From contig CAXTYC010000060.1 in assembly GCA_964248365.1 (NCBI GenBank), positions 1 through 15,342 of the forward strand: a stretch of 15,342 bases of DNA. The letters run 5' to 3'. Numbering within the stretch: position 1 is the stretch's first letter; every line of letters begins with the position of its first letter. The position numbers and the translations under genes were made by a program. The stretch comes from an uncultured Chroococcidiopsis sp. (lineage in GTDB: Bacteria > Cyanobacteriota > Cyanobacteriia > Cyanobacteriales > Chroococcidiopsidaceae). The notes under the pieces were generated by a model. It was not told the DNA's origin and did not search any database. It saw only the letters and a list, made by a program, of their open reading frames with translations. Shown one piece after another: positions 1 to 7,078 of the stretch.

Positions 1-144
1 TAAAAACTGTAGTCCTTATCCTGTATACCTCAGAGCTTTTCTTCGTGCCATTCGTCCAAGCCCAATGAATTAATTCGTGGGTAGGAGAGATATCTATAAG
101 ACCTTGCCTTATTTTTTCTAGTTTTATCTCTGACTATAACCAAG

Positions 145-819
145 CTACAATGACTCGTTATCGGGGGATAGAGAGCAGTCAACTTCCTTCTTTTGCGTGT
201 CTAGGTCTGTGTCTATGTCGTGATAAGAGGGTTTCCCGACAGGCGACAGCATCGACAACGCCGCGATCGCTCCCCTGACTTGATCGGGGCGCACCTCTAA
301 ATATTTTTGTAATTCATCCAAGGTGCGGTGTCCTGACACTTCCTGTATGACTCGCAGCGGGATTCCGGTGTCGCTCATCATCGTCAAGGCTGTGCGTCGG
401 AATGAATGGGTACTAGCCCCTTCTATCCCAACACGAGTTGTGGCTTCTCGCAATATTCTAGCTGCTGAATCTGGGTTTATGTGTCCTTTGCCTAGACGAC
501 CTGGAAACAGAAACCATTGATAGGATGGGGGGTTGTAGTCAACCAACAAATTTCTAAGCTCCTCACCCACCCAAATCGTCCTCGTTGCCAGCTTGCCTTT
601 GGTGTTGCCTTTGCGAATGATTAGTTCTTGTCGCACTCGTCTTTTTTCGTCGAAAACATCTTTTCGCCTTAAGGTGCAGGCTTCCATTATCCGGCAAGCG
701 GTGAAAAGGCAGATGCCAAACAAGGCGCGAACTCGACTGTTCTGTAGCCCTTCATTAAATAGCAACTGGATTTCAGCGGAGGTAAGTATTTTTGCTCTGC
801 CGTGCCGATCGATTTTCAT
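145..819 (-). CDS. Tyrosine recombinase (XerC/D-like, compact catalytic-domain type), probable plasmid multimer resolvase, 224 aa
   Basis: Catalytic residues in order: TAC-R-IMEA, T-K-GK, H-SF-R-RT, SG-H-RT, QK-Y-LEV. The ATG at 819 (MKIDRHGRAKIL) is preferred over the ORF-track start at 933, whose extra 38 codons cross the palindromic site region. Confidence 0.93.
   Translation of the reverse strand: MKIDRHGRAKILTSAEIQLLFNEGLQNSRVRALFGICLFTACRIMEACTLRRKDVFDEKRRVRQELIIRKGNTKGKLATRTIWVGEELRNLLVDYNPPSYQWFLFPGRLGKGHINPDSAARILREATTRVGIEGASTHSFRRTALTMMSDTGIPLRVIQEVSGHRTLDELQKYLEVRPDQVRGAIAALSMLSPVGKPSYHDIDTDLDTQKKEVDCSLSPDNESL
263..270. repeat. HIP1 octamer GCGATCGC (further copies at 1429-1436, 5655-5662, 5870-5877)
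   Basis: Four exact copies seen; HIP1 enrichment is a known cyanobacterial signature. Confidence 0.85.
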
Positions 820-830
820 TCCAAGCGCTT

Positions 831-887
831 TAGGTCGGTCTAAGTACAGGCTACACCTAGCTCGGACTATAGTACAGTCTAAGCTAG
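831..887. other. Candidate recombination/binding site of the tyrosine recombinase (two tandem related ~30-bp units)
   Basis: 857-887 reads CTAGCTCGGACT-ATAGTAC-AGTCTAAGCTAG: 12-bp inverted arms (10/12 match) around a 7-bp asymmetric spacer. 831-860 is a degenerate copy. It lies immediately upstream of the recombinase start. Confidence 0.6.
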
Positions 888-899
888 AAAAGTGCGAGC

Positions 900-915
900 G
901 CCGGATTAATCCGGC
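900..915. promoter_or_regulatory. Perfect 16-bp palindrome GCCGGATTAATCCGGC in the divergent promoter region
   Basis: Directly visible; function inferred from position only. Confidence 0.4.
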
Positions 916-973
916 TAATTGGTCTGAAATCACTTGATTTGAGGGCTATAAGCATCGATTAAGAATCCCTATT

Positions 974-1031
974 TGTCAGACAATGCAATACAGTGTAATC
1001 TAGATGGCAAGTGTTAGGCAATGTAAGATAT
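974..1031 (+). repeat. Degenerate 10-bp direct repeats (approx. TGYWAGRCAR), probable operator of the RHH gene
   Basis: TGTCAGACAA 974, TGCAATACAG 984, TGTAATCTAG 994, TGTTAGGCAA 1012, TGTAAGATAT 1022. Confidence 0.5.
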
Positions 1032-1368
1032 GGCGAAAACGAGCAACTCATCAAAGTCTGAATCGGTAACGCTCAGAATCCCCAATGAAATATTCAACTC
1101 AGTTCTGGATTACGCAAAATCAAACACTAAAGGCAACCGCTCCGAAGCGATCGTTGAACTCCTAGAGCTAGGGCTAACCGTCGCCCAGAGTCAGCAATCC
1201 ACAAGGATTGAAGTAACAGTGCAAGACATTGTTAGGCAAAGAGAATTGAGTGAAACTGTCACGGCGCTAGCCGACGAGGTAGAACAGCTAACCCATCTTG
1301 TGCAAGGTACTGTATTGCAGCGGCTAACAGCAATGGAGACTGAACTGTTGGGGGAGTTCAACGCCTGA
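1030..1368 (+). CDS. Ribbon-helix-helix DNA-binding protein with C-terminal coiled coil, 112 aa (short form)
   Basis: N-terminal SVTLRIPNEIFNSVLDYA...NRSEAIVELLELGL fits the RHH pattern. The C-terminal half has a heptad pattern and ends LLGEFNA*. Confidence 0.8.
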   Translation: MAKTSNSSKSESVTLRIPNEIFNSVLDYAKSNTKGNRSEAIVELLELGLTVAQSQQSTRIEVTVQDIVRQRELSETVTALADEVEQLTHLVQGTVLQRLTAMETELLGEFNA

Positions 1369-1532
1369 GAGTGGAAAACGAGACTCTCAGGCAACAGACC
1401 GGGCAGCTGCCAGATCTTGAGGCTATCCGCGATCGCATCCTTTCCAGGCTGAAGGTGGGGAAGCAGTCACCGGAGTACAAGCGTACAAAGGCAGCAATAG
1501 ACCGCTTTATATCTGAAGTGCGCTCAAAGTGA
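1350..1532 (+). CDS. Unannotated -1 frame extension of the RHH gene (or a separate 53-aa ORF from GTG 1371)
   Basis: The frame is open from 1344 to TGA 1530-1532: VQRLRVENETLRQQTGQLPDLEAIRDRILSRLKVGKQSPEYKRTKAAIDRFISEVRSK*. It is amphipathic-helical, contains a HIP1 site, and resembles a small domain I recall from cyanobacterial plasmid proteins. Confidence 0.7.
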   Translation, partial: GGVQRLRVENETLRQQTGQLPDLEAIRDRILSRLKVGKQSPEYKRTKAAIDRFISEVRSK

Positions 1533-2005
1533 AGAGCTGCACTACTAGGTCAATCTGACTCCAAAGACGCTCGCTAGAGTGTCAGAATCAATAGGATTTG
1601 TAACTTGCCTGCTGATTTAGAAGCAGTAGAGCAGTAAAATATCTAAGGTGTATAGTACACCTATACCACAAGAGAGAAAAACCTGAAAATTGCCTAAAGC
1701 ACAGACATCTATGCAAAAATATTCCATCCTGGTAAGCATATCTACAGTGTAATTTTGTCTCTCTTGTAAGCAGTTTAATATTTATAGAGATTCTTCAATG
1801 TTGAGTTTAGCGTATTCTTCTTGACTTGCCCTGGGAGCGACTGATTAGAAAAGGGCAAATTCTAAGAGTTGAAAAAGAGGAGATCTTGGAACAATTCAAA
1901 TTTATTACCAGAATTTTCGGAGGCTCTGCCTAAATTTCACTCAATCCAAGGGATTTTCATAACCTTAACGAGGTTTTGCAACACAACTACCCAAAGTTAA
2001 TACCG

Positions 2006-2443
2006 TTAATTATGCCTCCTCGCATACCATCGCCAAGCTATATAAGCTGTCACGAGTACTGGTAAAATCCAGCCCACCCATATTATGGTATCGATAAACT
2101 GCTGGAATCTACCCGTCGTTAGTAAGTGAACCCAAAACTCCGTCGGGATGAGATGAAATATGATATCAAAGCCGCTAATACCGACAAAAACAAGAAGCAA
2201 CAAAATAGAGCCGCACCATTTGGCTTCGTATTCAATGATTAACCGGATTCCGAGAATTGTCAGAACCAGACCTGTCATAAAATGAGAAACTCGGTACAGT
2301 TCGGTCTTATGAGCTGGAGATATTGCGATAAGTCCAAGTCCATCATATTTGTAGAGGAAGGACAGAAACAAAGCTATCCCGGCGAGCGTGAGGTGCAGGA
2401 GGTTAATGGGTTTCAATAGTTGGCGGAAAAATCCTTCCATCAC
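2006..2443 (-). CDS. Hypothetical integral membrane protein, ~4 TM helices, 145 aa
   Basis: Four hydrophobic stretches (LLHLTLAGIALFLSFLY; FMTGLVLTILGIRLII; ILLLLVFVGISGFDIIF; IIWVGWILPVLVTAYIAW) and a basic tail RWYARRHN. Confidence 0.7.
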   Translation of the reverse strand: MMEGFFRQLLKPINLLHLTLAGIALFLSFLYKYDGLGLIAISPAHKTELYRVSHFMTGLVLTILGIRLIIEYEAKWCGSILLLLVFVGISGFDIIFHLIPTEFWVHLLTTGRFQQFIDTIIWVGWILPVLVTAYIAWRWYARRHN

Positions 2444-2492
2444 ATATTTCTTAATTAAGGTTGTATATGTCTATTAATATGCTATTGGGAAA

Positions 2493-2525
2493 GTTGGTCG
2501 ATTGTTAGCTTGTCCATCGACCAAC
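2493..2525 (-). terminator. Intergenic stem-loop; possible weak terminator or mRNA stabiliser after the 538-aa gene
   Basis: GTTGGTCGAT / ATCGACCAAC perfect 10-bp stem with a 13-nt loop, followed by only UUU on the minus strand. Confidence 0.4.
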
Positions 2526-2572
2526 CAGTAATACGCAATGCACCTAACTTGAGAACGATTATCTAAGTGCGT

Positions 2573-4189
2573 TTACTTTTTAATTTCGATCTTGCCTTTT
2601 AGAGAGCCAGTAACCCGATACCCATTCGAGAGACTAACCGAAACTGTGAGTCCTTTACCCTGTGTGCTGTCAACGGTGGCAATAATTCGGAATGTACCAG
2701 ATCTGCCGTCTTTGGTTTGATAAGTGCCATCCACAACAACTAAATCATCAAGCATCACCGCACGAGTGACTTGGCTGTTTTTAATCTCAAAACCACTGGC
2801 GCAATCTTTCAGGCTGAAACTACCTTCTATGGTAGATGCACTACTGCCCTTCTGTTTTGCCTTTGCTTCAAACTTCACATCTACCTGGCTTCCGTCAGAC
2901 TTAGAGAGCGTGCCCTGACCTTTAACTTCTTGTCCAGGTGATAACGGTACTGCATTATCTAGGGCAAAGTTGAGCAGGGCTTCTGACGCATCAGCAAGAG
3001 CAGCGTCAAGCTCCGCATTCGTGAGGTCTGTCGGGAAAGAGCCTGCGATTTCGTTAAGATCCTGTACATAGGCAAGTTCGCGGATTTGCTCAATTGTGGC
3101 AGCATCAGCACCGAAGTTAGTTAGATTTTGAACAATGGAGGGTGGCAAGCCGTTGTAGAGGACGTTGATCTCAAAGTTGAGTGCATCATTAGGGGAAATG
3201 GTAATTGTTGGAAATCCCGCCGCAAGCAGCGCATTCTTCACATTAGCCCGTAATGCATTTTGAGCGTCTAGTAACTTGTTTAGCTCAAGAGCATACTTGC
3301 TTGCCGCAGCCATCTGCTTGTTCTCCCAAACAGTATTACCAGCCTCGGAAGCACCCTGCGCCCGATTAATAGAAGTGATTATGGCGTTGACTAGACCTAT
3401 AGCCTGTGTCTGATTGGTTAGGAGAGCGTTAAAGCTATCTGCTTCGCCTTGTGTTATGCCTGGTTCAACGACTAAGGGGGTGAATGGAGGGGTGATAGGA
3501 ACAGCGATCTGAGTGAAGTTGGGATCGACTGGATCTAGAGCCAATTCATTGAGCTTAGCGGAGAGAATCCAAGTGCCAACGCTTGTAGCCCCAAACCCAA
3601 AACTACATATTTTGGTGATACTCGGATCGGGGACCAAAAGACACGCGACCGCGATAGCTGAATACACCCCTGCTTGGGTGTTAAGCTTTGCAGATGCGTT
3701 GGCAAATTTATCCTTTTGCTCTTGAGTGAATCGCTTCTTTTGGTTGACATCAACAGTAACGGTAGCAGACTCATCTCCGTCATACCCGTCAATATTGACT
3801 AATAGCGACTCTCCATCTACGGTGGCAGGAAAGCTGAAAGCTCTGGGTTGTGCATATTTGCTGATGGTAGCACTAAAACCACTGCTAGAACTTTTGATGA
3901 TTAGTGGTTCCCCTTCACCGTTTTCGTTAACATCATTTGTACGCAAGGTGGCTTCAATGTTAATCGTATCTCCTTTATGAACTGTCGGAAGGCTGATTGT
4001 ACCTGAGTCGGTAATTGTTGTTGTAACAGGAACCGCCAATACCTGTTTAGAAGAAACTGCCACTATTACTGCGGCAGCTAGCATGGAAGGTAACCCAGGA
4101 TGGAAGCGCTTGATATGACCTTGAGAGTGTTTGTAAAAAAGATGCTGTGCAATCATAATGTTTTTTCTAATTTCTACGACTGATTTCAT
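2573..4189 (-). CDS. Probable secreted multidomain protein of unknown function, up to 538 aa (start could be ATG 4156 or later)
   Basis: Long ORF. Signal-like segment MLAAAVIVAVSSKQVLA|VP, a beta-rich N domain, a hydrophobic hairpin with a Cys pair, an Ala/Asn/Leu-rich helical middle, and a beta-rich C domain ending SNGYRVTGSLKGKIEIKK. Confidence 0.85.
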   Translation of the reverse strand: MKSVVEIRKNIMIAQHLFYKHSQGHIKRFHPGLPSMLAAAVIVAVSSKQVLAVPVTTTITDSGTISLPTVHKGDTINIEATLRTNDVNENGEGEPLIIKSSSSGFSATISKYAQPRAFSFPATVDGESLLVNIDGYDGDESATVTVDVNQKKRFTQEQKDKFANASAKLNTQAGVYSAIAVACLLVPDPSITKICSFGFGATSVGTWILSAKLNELALDPVDPNFTQIAVPITPPFTPLVVEPGITQGEADSFNALLTNQTQAIGLVNAIITSINRAQGASEAGNTVWENKQMAAASKYALELNKLLDAQNALRANVKNALLAAGFPTITISPNDALNFEINVLYNGLPPSIVQNLTNFGADAATIEQIRELAYVQDLNEIAGSFPTDLTNAELDAALADASEALLNFALDNAVPLSPGQEVKGQGTLSKSDGSQVDVKFEAKAKQKGSSASTIEGSFSLKDCASGFEIKNSQVTRAVMLDDLVVVDGTYQTKDGRSGTFRIIATVDSTQGKGLTVSVSLSNGYRVTGSLKGKIEIKK

Positions 4190-4238
4190 AATTTGTACGA
4201 GTTATAGGAGTTGAGCCGAGATGCTTGTCACAAGATGC

Positions 4239-4345
4239 AATTAGGGCTGAAAAAGCTTGAGTTTCTAGAGGTAAGCATGGCTGATTCTCGCTTGAAGTCA
4301 CCAATTTTCTTTTCCCAGACAGAACGAAGCTTTTCAGCCCTAATT
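4239..4345. repeat. 19/20-bp inverted repeat pair enclosing 68 nt, upstream of the 538-aa gene
   Basis: AATTAGGGCTGAAAAAGCTT (4239-4258) and AAGCTTTTCAGCCCTAATT (4327-4345) are complementary apart from one extra A. Confidence 0.7.
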
Positions 4346-4469
4346 CCCGTAAACACAGGGATCTTGACTCAACCCTTTGTTAGTTCCAAAAGTCTCTGGA
4401 CTTACCATTCCTAACCCCTTATCTGTGATGAATTATTTAGTGTCAAACGTTTAAGTTCATGACACGAGG

Positions 4470-4515
4470 GCTGGCGAGGGCGGTGAGTTCATTAGAAGCC
4501 GCCGCCCTCGCCAGC
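4470..4515. repeat. GC-rich perfect 14-bp inverted repeat
   Basis: GCTGGCGAGGGCGG (4470-4483) / CCGCCCTCGCCAGC (4502-4515), 18-nt loop. Confidence 0.75.
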
Positions 4516-5146
4516 GCGGTTGGCTGCCTAGGAGTTAGAGCGTCCCGCGCTTGGATGCCAATAAAACCCAGATACCTCGTGGCAATAGCGCTATTTTTAC
4601 CAGCGACTCTCCACTCTTGTGGAATGTAGCTACTGATTTAGTTATAGAAACAATTTATGCTCACTACCTCAGAAATTTTGCCTAAGTTGTTATTTCAGTA
4701 GAAGTCAGGCAACTTTCGAGTCTGATTTTGAAAACTTGTTGAGATTTGCCACCTTATTGATGAATCCGCTGTAAAGTTGCAGCTAGTTTACGCTGATAAT
4801 CCCTTACAGTACCTTGCCCCTAGTAGTACTTTTACTTAAGTAGTAGTTTATACTGCACTCGCGCTCTTAAACACTAGCTCTCAACCATTACTAGCTGCTA
4901 ACAATCGGCTAATTTCTTGTGTTATCTTGCCGTACCAAATTTTTTCTCCATCCGCTGGAGCTTGGTATTTGCCCATCCTGTACGCTGCCAGATTTCTTCA
5001 AGATACGCCATAGTGTCAGCTGGGGTACGAGGGGGAATATTGCCGACCCAATCCCGGAAAGAATAAAAAATAAGACCAGGAAAGGGGTAGCAACAAGTAT
5101 CGGAACAGAAAACTGGTTTAAGGCTGTAATGCAAAGAGATAAGTTG

Positions 5147-5174
5147 TTTCAGCCCTCGTCTTTAAGGGCTGAAA
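5147..5174. repeat. 10-bp stem-loop sharing the AGGGCTGAAA core with the 4239-4345 repeat
   Basis: TTTCAGCCCT-CGTCTTTA-AGGGCTGAAA. Confidence 0.6.
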
Positions 5175-5346
5175 AGGTGACTGTTCAATAGAGCCGTTGG
5201 CTGATTTTCACCATATATATACATGGCGAAACTCTTTGGCGTGTGCAACAGAATCTCTTATTCCGGTTTATTGTTGGGTTGCTTGTCGCAGCCCTATACT
5301 CCAACTGATTAAAAATGAGCTAACACTTCCCTACTAAGTAGATGCA

Positions 5347-5446
5347 GGGGCGGGTCGCCGCGCCCTCTATTGCTGGGCTTGTTACCTCTGACTCTCATCA
5401 ATAAGCTCTCGCCCCAGCAATAAAGGTGCTGGCGGCGACTCGCCCC
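5347..5446. repeat. Long imperfect GC-rich hairpin (~31-bp arms) just downstream of the relaxase frame
   Basis: GGGGCGGGTCGCCGC pairs with GCGGCGACTCGCCCC (14/15 plus one G-T). TATTGCTGGG pairs with CCCAGCAATA. The loop is about 35 nt. Confidence 0.75.
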
Positions 5447-5476
5447 ACCCAACAGGCAACTCTCCGTCTGCACAAA

Positions 5477-6025
5477 TCATAGGCTGAAACCCCGACCGCG
5501 TGAGTGCTGATGACGTTGCGCCTGGAGGAGTTGCTGATAAGTAGCTAAGTCCGTATGCCGTGCTTCAACAATCTTCTCTGACAGCGGTAGACCGCGCTGG
5601 TAATCAGCCGTGACTTCTCCAATTTGTTCCACATAGTCGGCAGGTTTACCCAGAGCGATCGCTGCCTTGTGCCACTGCTCTAGCAGTTTCAAGTTGTGTT
5701 GTCGTTCAAGCTGCTGCTGTTGCTGGCGCTCTTTGGCAATGCGCTGCTGCTCCTGCTGCTGGCGTTCTATCTCCAATGCAGCACGGTACTAGTCAAGATC
5801 AGGTCGCCAGGTTGCTTGATTATCACTAGCCTGGGATTGGCAATACTGGGAATAGCTGTGGGCATAAGAGCGATCGCGCTTAAGTAACTCCTGCACAGCG
5901 GGACTTTGTGCCAATACAAAGGTGATTTCGTTGGGGGTCTGCTGCTGTGACTGCATCAGAAACGCAATTCGCCCGTCAACGTCCTGTGGTGATTCAACTT
6001 GATATACCGCTCTAGCAAGGCTAGC
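5477..6025 (-). pseudogene. Detached C-terminal part of the relaxase gene (same frame, beyond premature stops)
   Basis: After TGA 6026-6028 the same frame stays open for 78 codons (ASLARAVYQVESPQDVDGRIAFLMQ...PAVQELLKRDRS...) to TAG 5789-5791. It then runs through the 5477-5776 ORF, which ends in the relaxase-like tail QHSRGRGFSL*. Confidence 0.75.
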
Positions 6026-7078
6026 TCACTGTTGATAGGCAGCAGAGGCTTGTTCAAGTTGCCTATTAGCGTTGTCGGCTCTTTTAGTGTCCAACTCAAA
6101 TGGATGCTCTGGGATAGCTCGAATCAAGTCCTGCACAGCGGGAATTCCATATTGCGGCGACCAAACCGACTGAGGTTTCTGCTCTGGTTGGGGTTGCTCT
6201 GACACACTTTCCATCTGTGGTTGAGGAGATTGTAATTCCAGATTTGGGGTTACAGTTTCTCTTGCTGGTTGTAATTCCTGATGTTGTTGTCGTGCGCTTT
6301 GAACAATGTACGCTAGTTGCTGATTATCCCTGGCTGAGTCATAGCTCACTTTCAGGTACTTCTGCAATCCTGGGAAGCTGTATGCTTTACCCAAGGCATT
6401 ACCAGCAACTTTCTCCCCGTCTGTCGTTTGGTATGTGATGCCTTTGGGTTTACCATTGCGGGTAAATCCTACTTCGGCTCGAACTTGACGTGATGCCAAG
6501 CGCTGAAAAAATTCCGGCATTGTCGGGCTGCCAATAGCTGCTATTTCTATTTCTTTCGTCAATTTTTGACGACCGGATATTTCTCGATTCTGTTCTAGTT
6601 CGCGCTCTTTATTCCTGATTTTCAGCCAACTTGGAGCAACTTGTTCTAAGCCATAAGTTTGCTCTAACTGACGAATAATTTCCTGACTGCGGTAACGCTC
6701 AAAGCTATCGACTACAATCTTACCACTGACCATATCTATCCGGTTAATAGCCATGTGCGCGTGTTCATGCTCAGTGTCTTTGTGACGGACAATTAGATAT
6801 TGATTCTTGGTCAAGTCAAAGCCCATCTTCTCCATCCAGGTTTCACAGGCTTCTCTAAACTGTTCGTCACTTAAGGACTCACTAGGTAACAGGGATAGCG
6901 AGGCGTGTAACACAGGTTTTTTAATTCCTGGGTTCAAGTCACGAATTGCCATAAATTCAGCAGTCAATTCTCTACTGCCCTGACCATACATATTTGTTCC
7001 AAGGACAACTGCATCCTCTTTATCCAGGTACTCCACTAAATTTTTAAAGCTGCCACCTTTAGATATTTTACAGATCAT
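6026..7078 (-). CDS. Relaxase/mobilisation nuclease, MOB-P type, 350 aa as encoded
   Basis: Motif I GGSFKNLVE-Y-L, motif II VL-H-ASLSL, motif III RHKDTE-H-E-H-A-H-MAINRI. ATG 7078 (MICKISKG) overlaps the end of mobC. Confidence 0.93.
   Translation of the reverse strand: MICKISKGGSFKNLVEYLDKEDAVVLGTNMYGQGSRELTAEFMAIRDLNPGIKKPVLHASLSLLPSESLSDEQFREACETWMEKMGFDLTKNQYLIVRHKDTEHEHAHMAINRIDMVSGKIVVDSFERYRSQEIIRQLEQTYGLEQVAPSWLKIRNKERELEQNREISGRQKLTKEIEIAAIGSPTMPEFFQRLASRQVRAEVGFTRNGKPKGITYQTTDGEKVAGNALGKAYSFPGLQKYLKVSYDSARDNQQLAYIVQSARQQHQELQPARETVTPNLELQSPQPQMESVSEQPQPEQKPQSVWSPQYGIPAVQDLIRAIPEHPFELDTKRADNANRQLEQASAAYQQ

Noticed and set aside
820..933. N-terminal extension of the recombinase ORF
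   Set aside because: It crosses the palindromic sites and does not look like protein; ATG 819 gives a typical start.
323..937. Plus-strand ORFs 323..520 and 593..937
   Set aside because: Antisense shadows of the recombinase.
1668..1767. ACAAGAGAGA / TCTCTCTTGT inverted pair as a MITE
   Set aside because: Only 10 bp of low-complexity sequence and no target-site duplication seen.
2724..3980. Short ORFs within the 538-aa gene
   Set aside because: Antisense or alternative-frame shadows with no independent signals.
4919..5191. ORFs 4919..5191 (+) and 4922..5134 (-)
   Set aside because: Non-ATG starts, no SD and no motifs; cannot be supported as genes.
5477..5776. 99-aa ORF as an independent gene
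   Set aside because: TTG start without SD and in frame with the relaxase; better explained as its detached C-terminus.
5696..5887. Very hydrophobic 63-aa plus-strand ORF (type I toxin-like)
   Set aside because: The poly-Leu is simply the antisense reading of the Gln-rich (CAG) relaxase tail.
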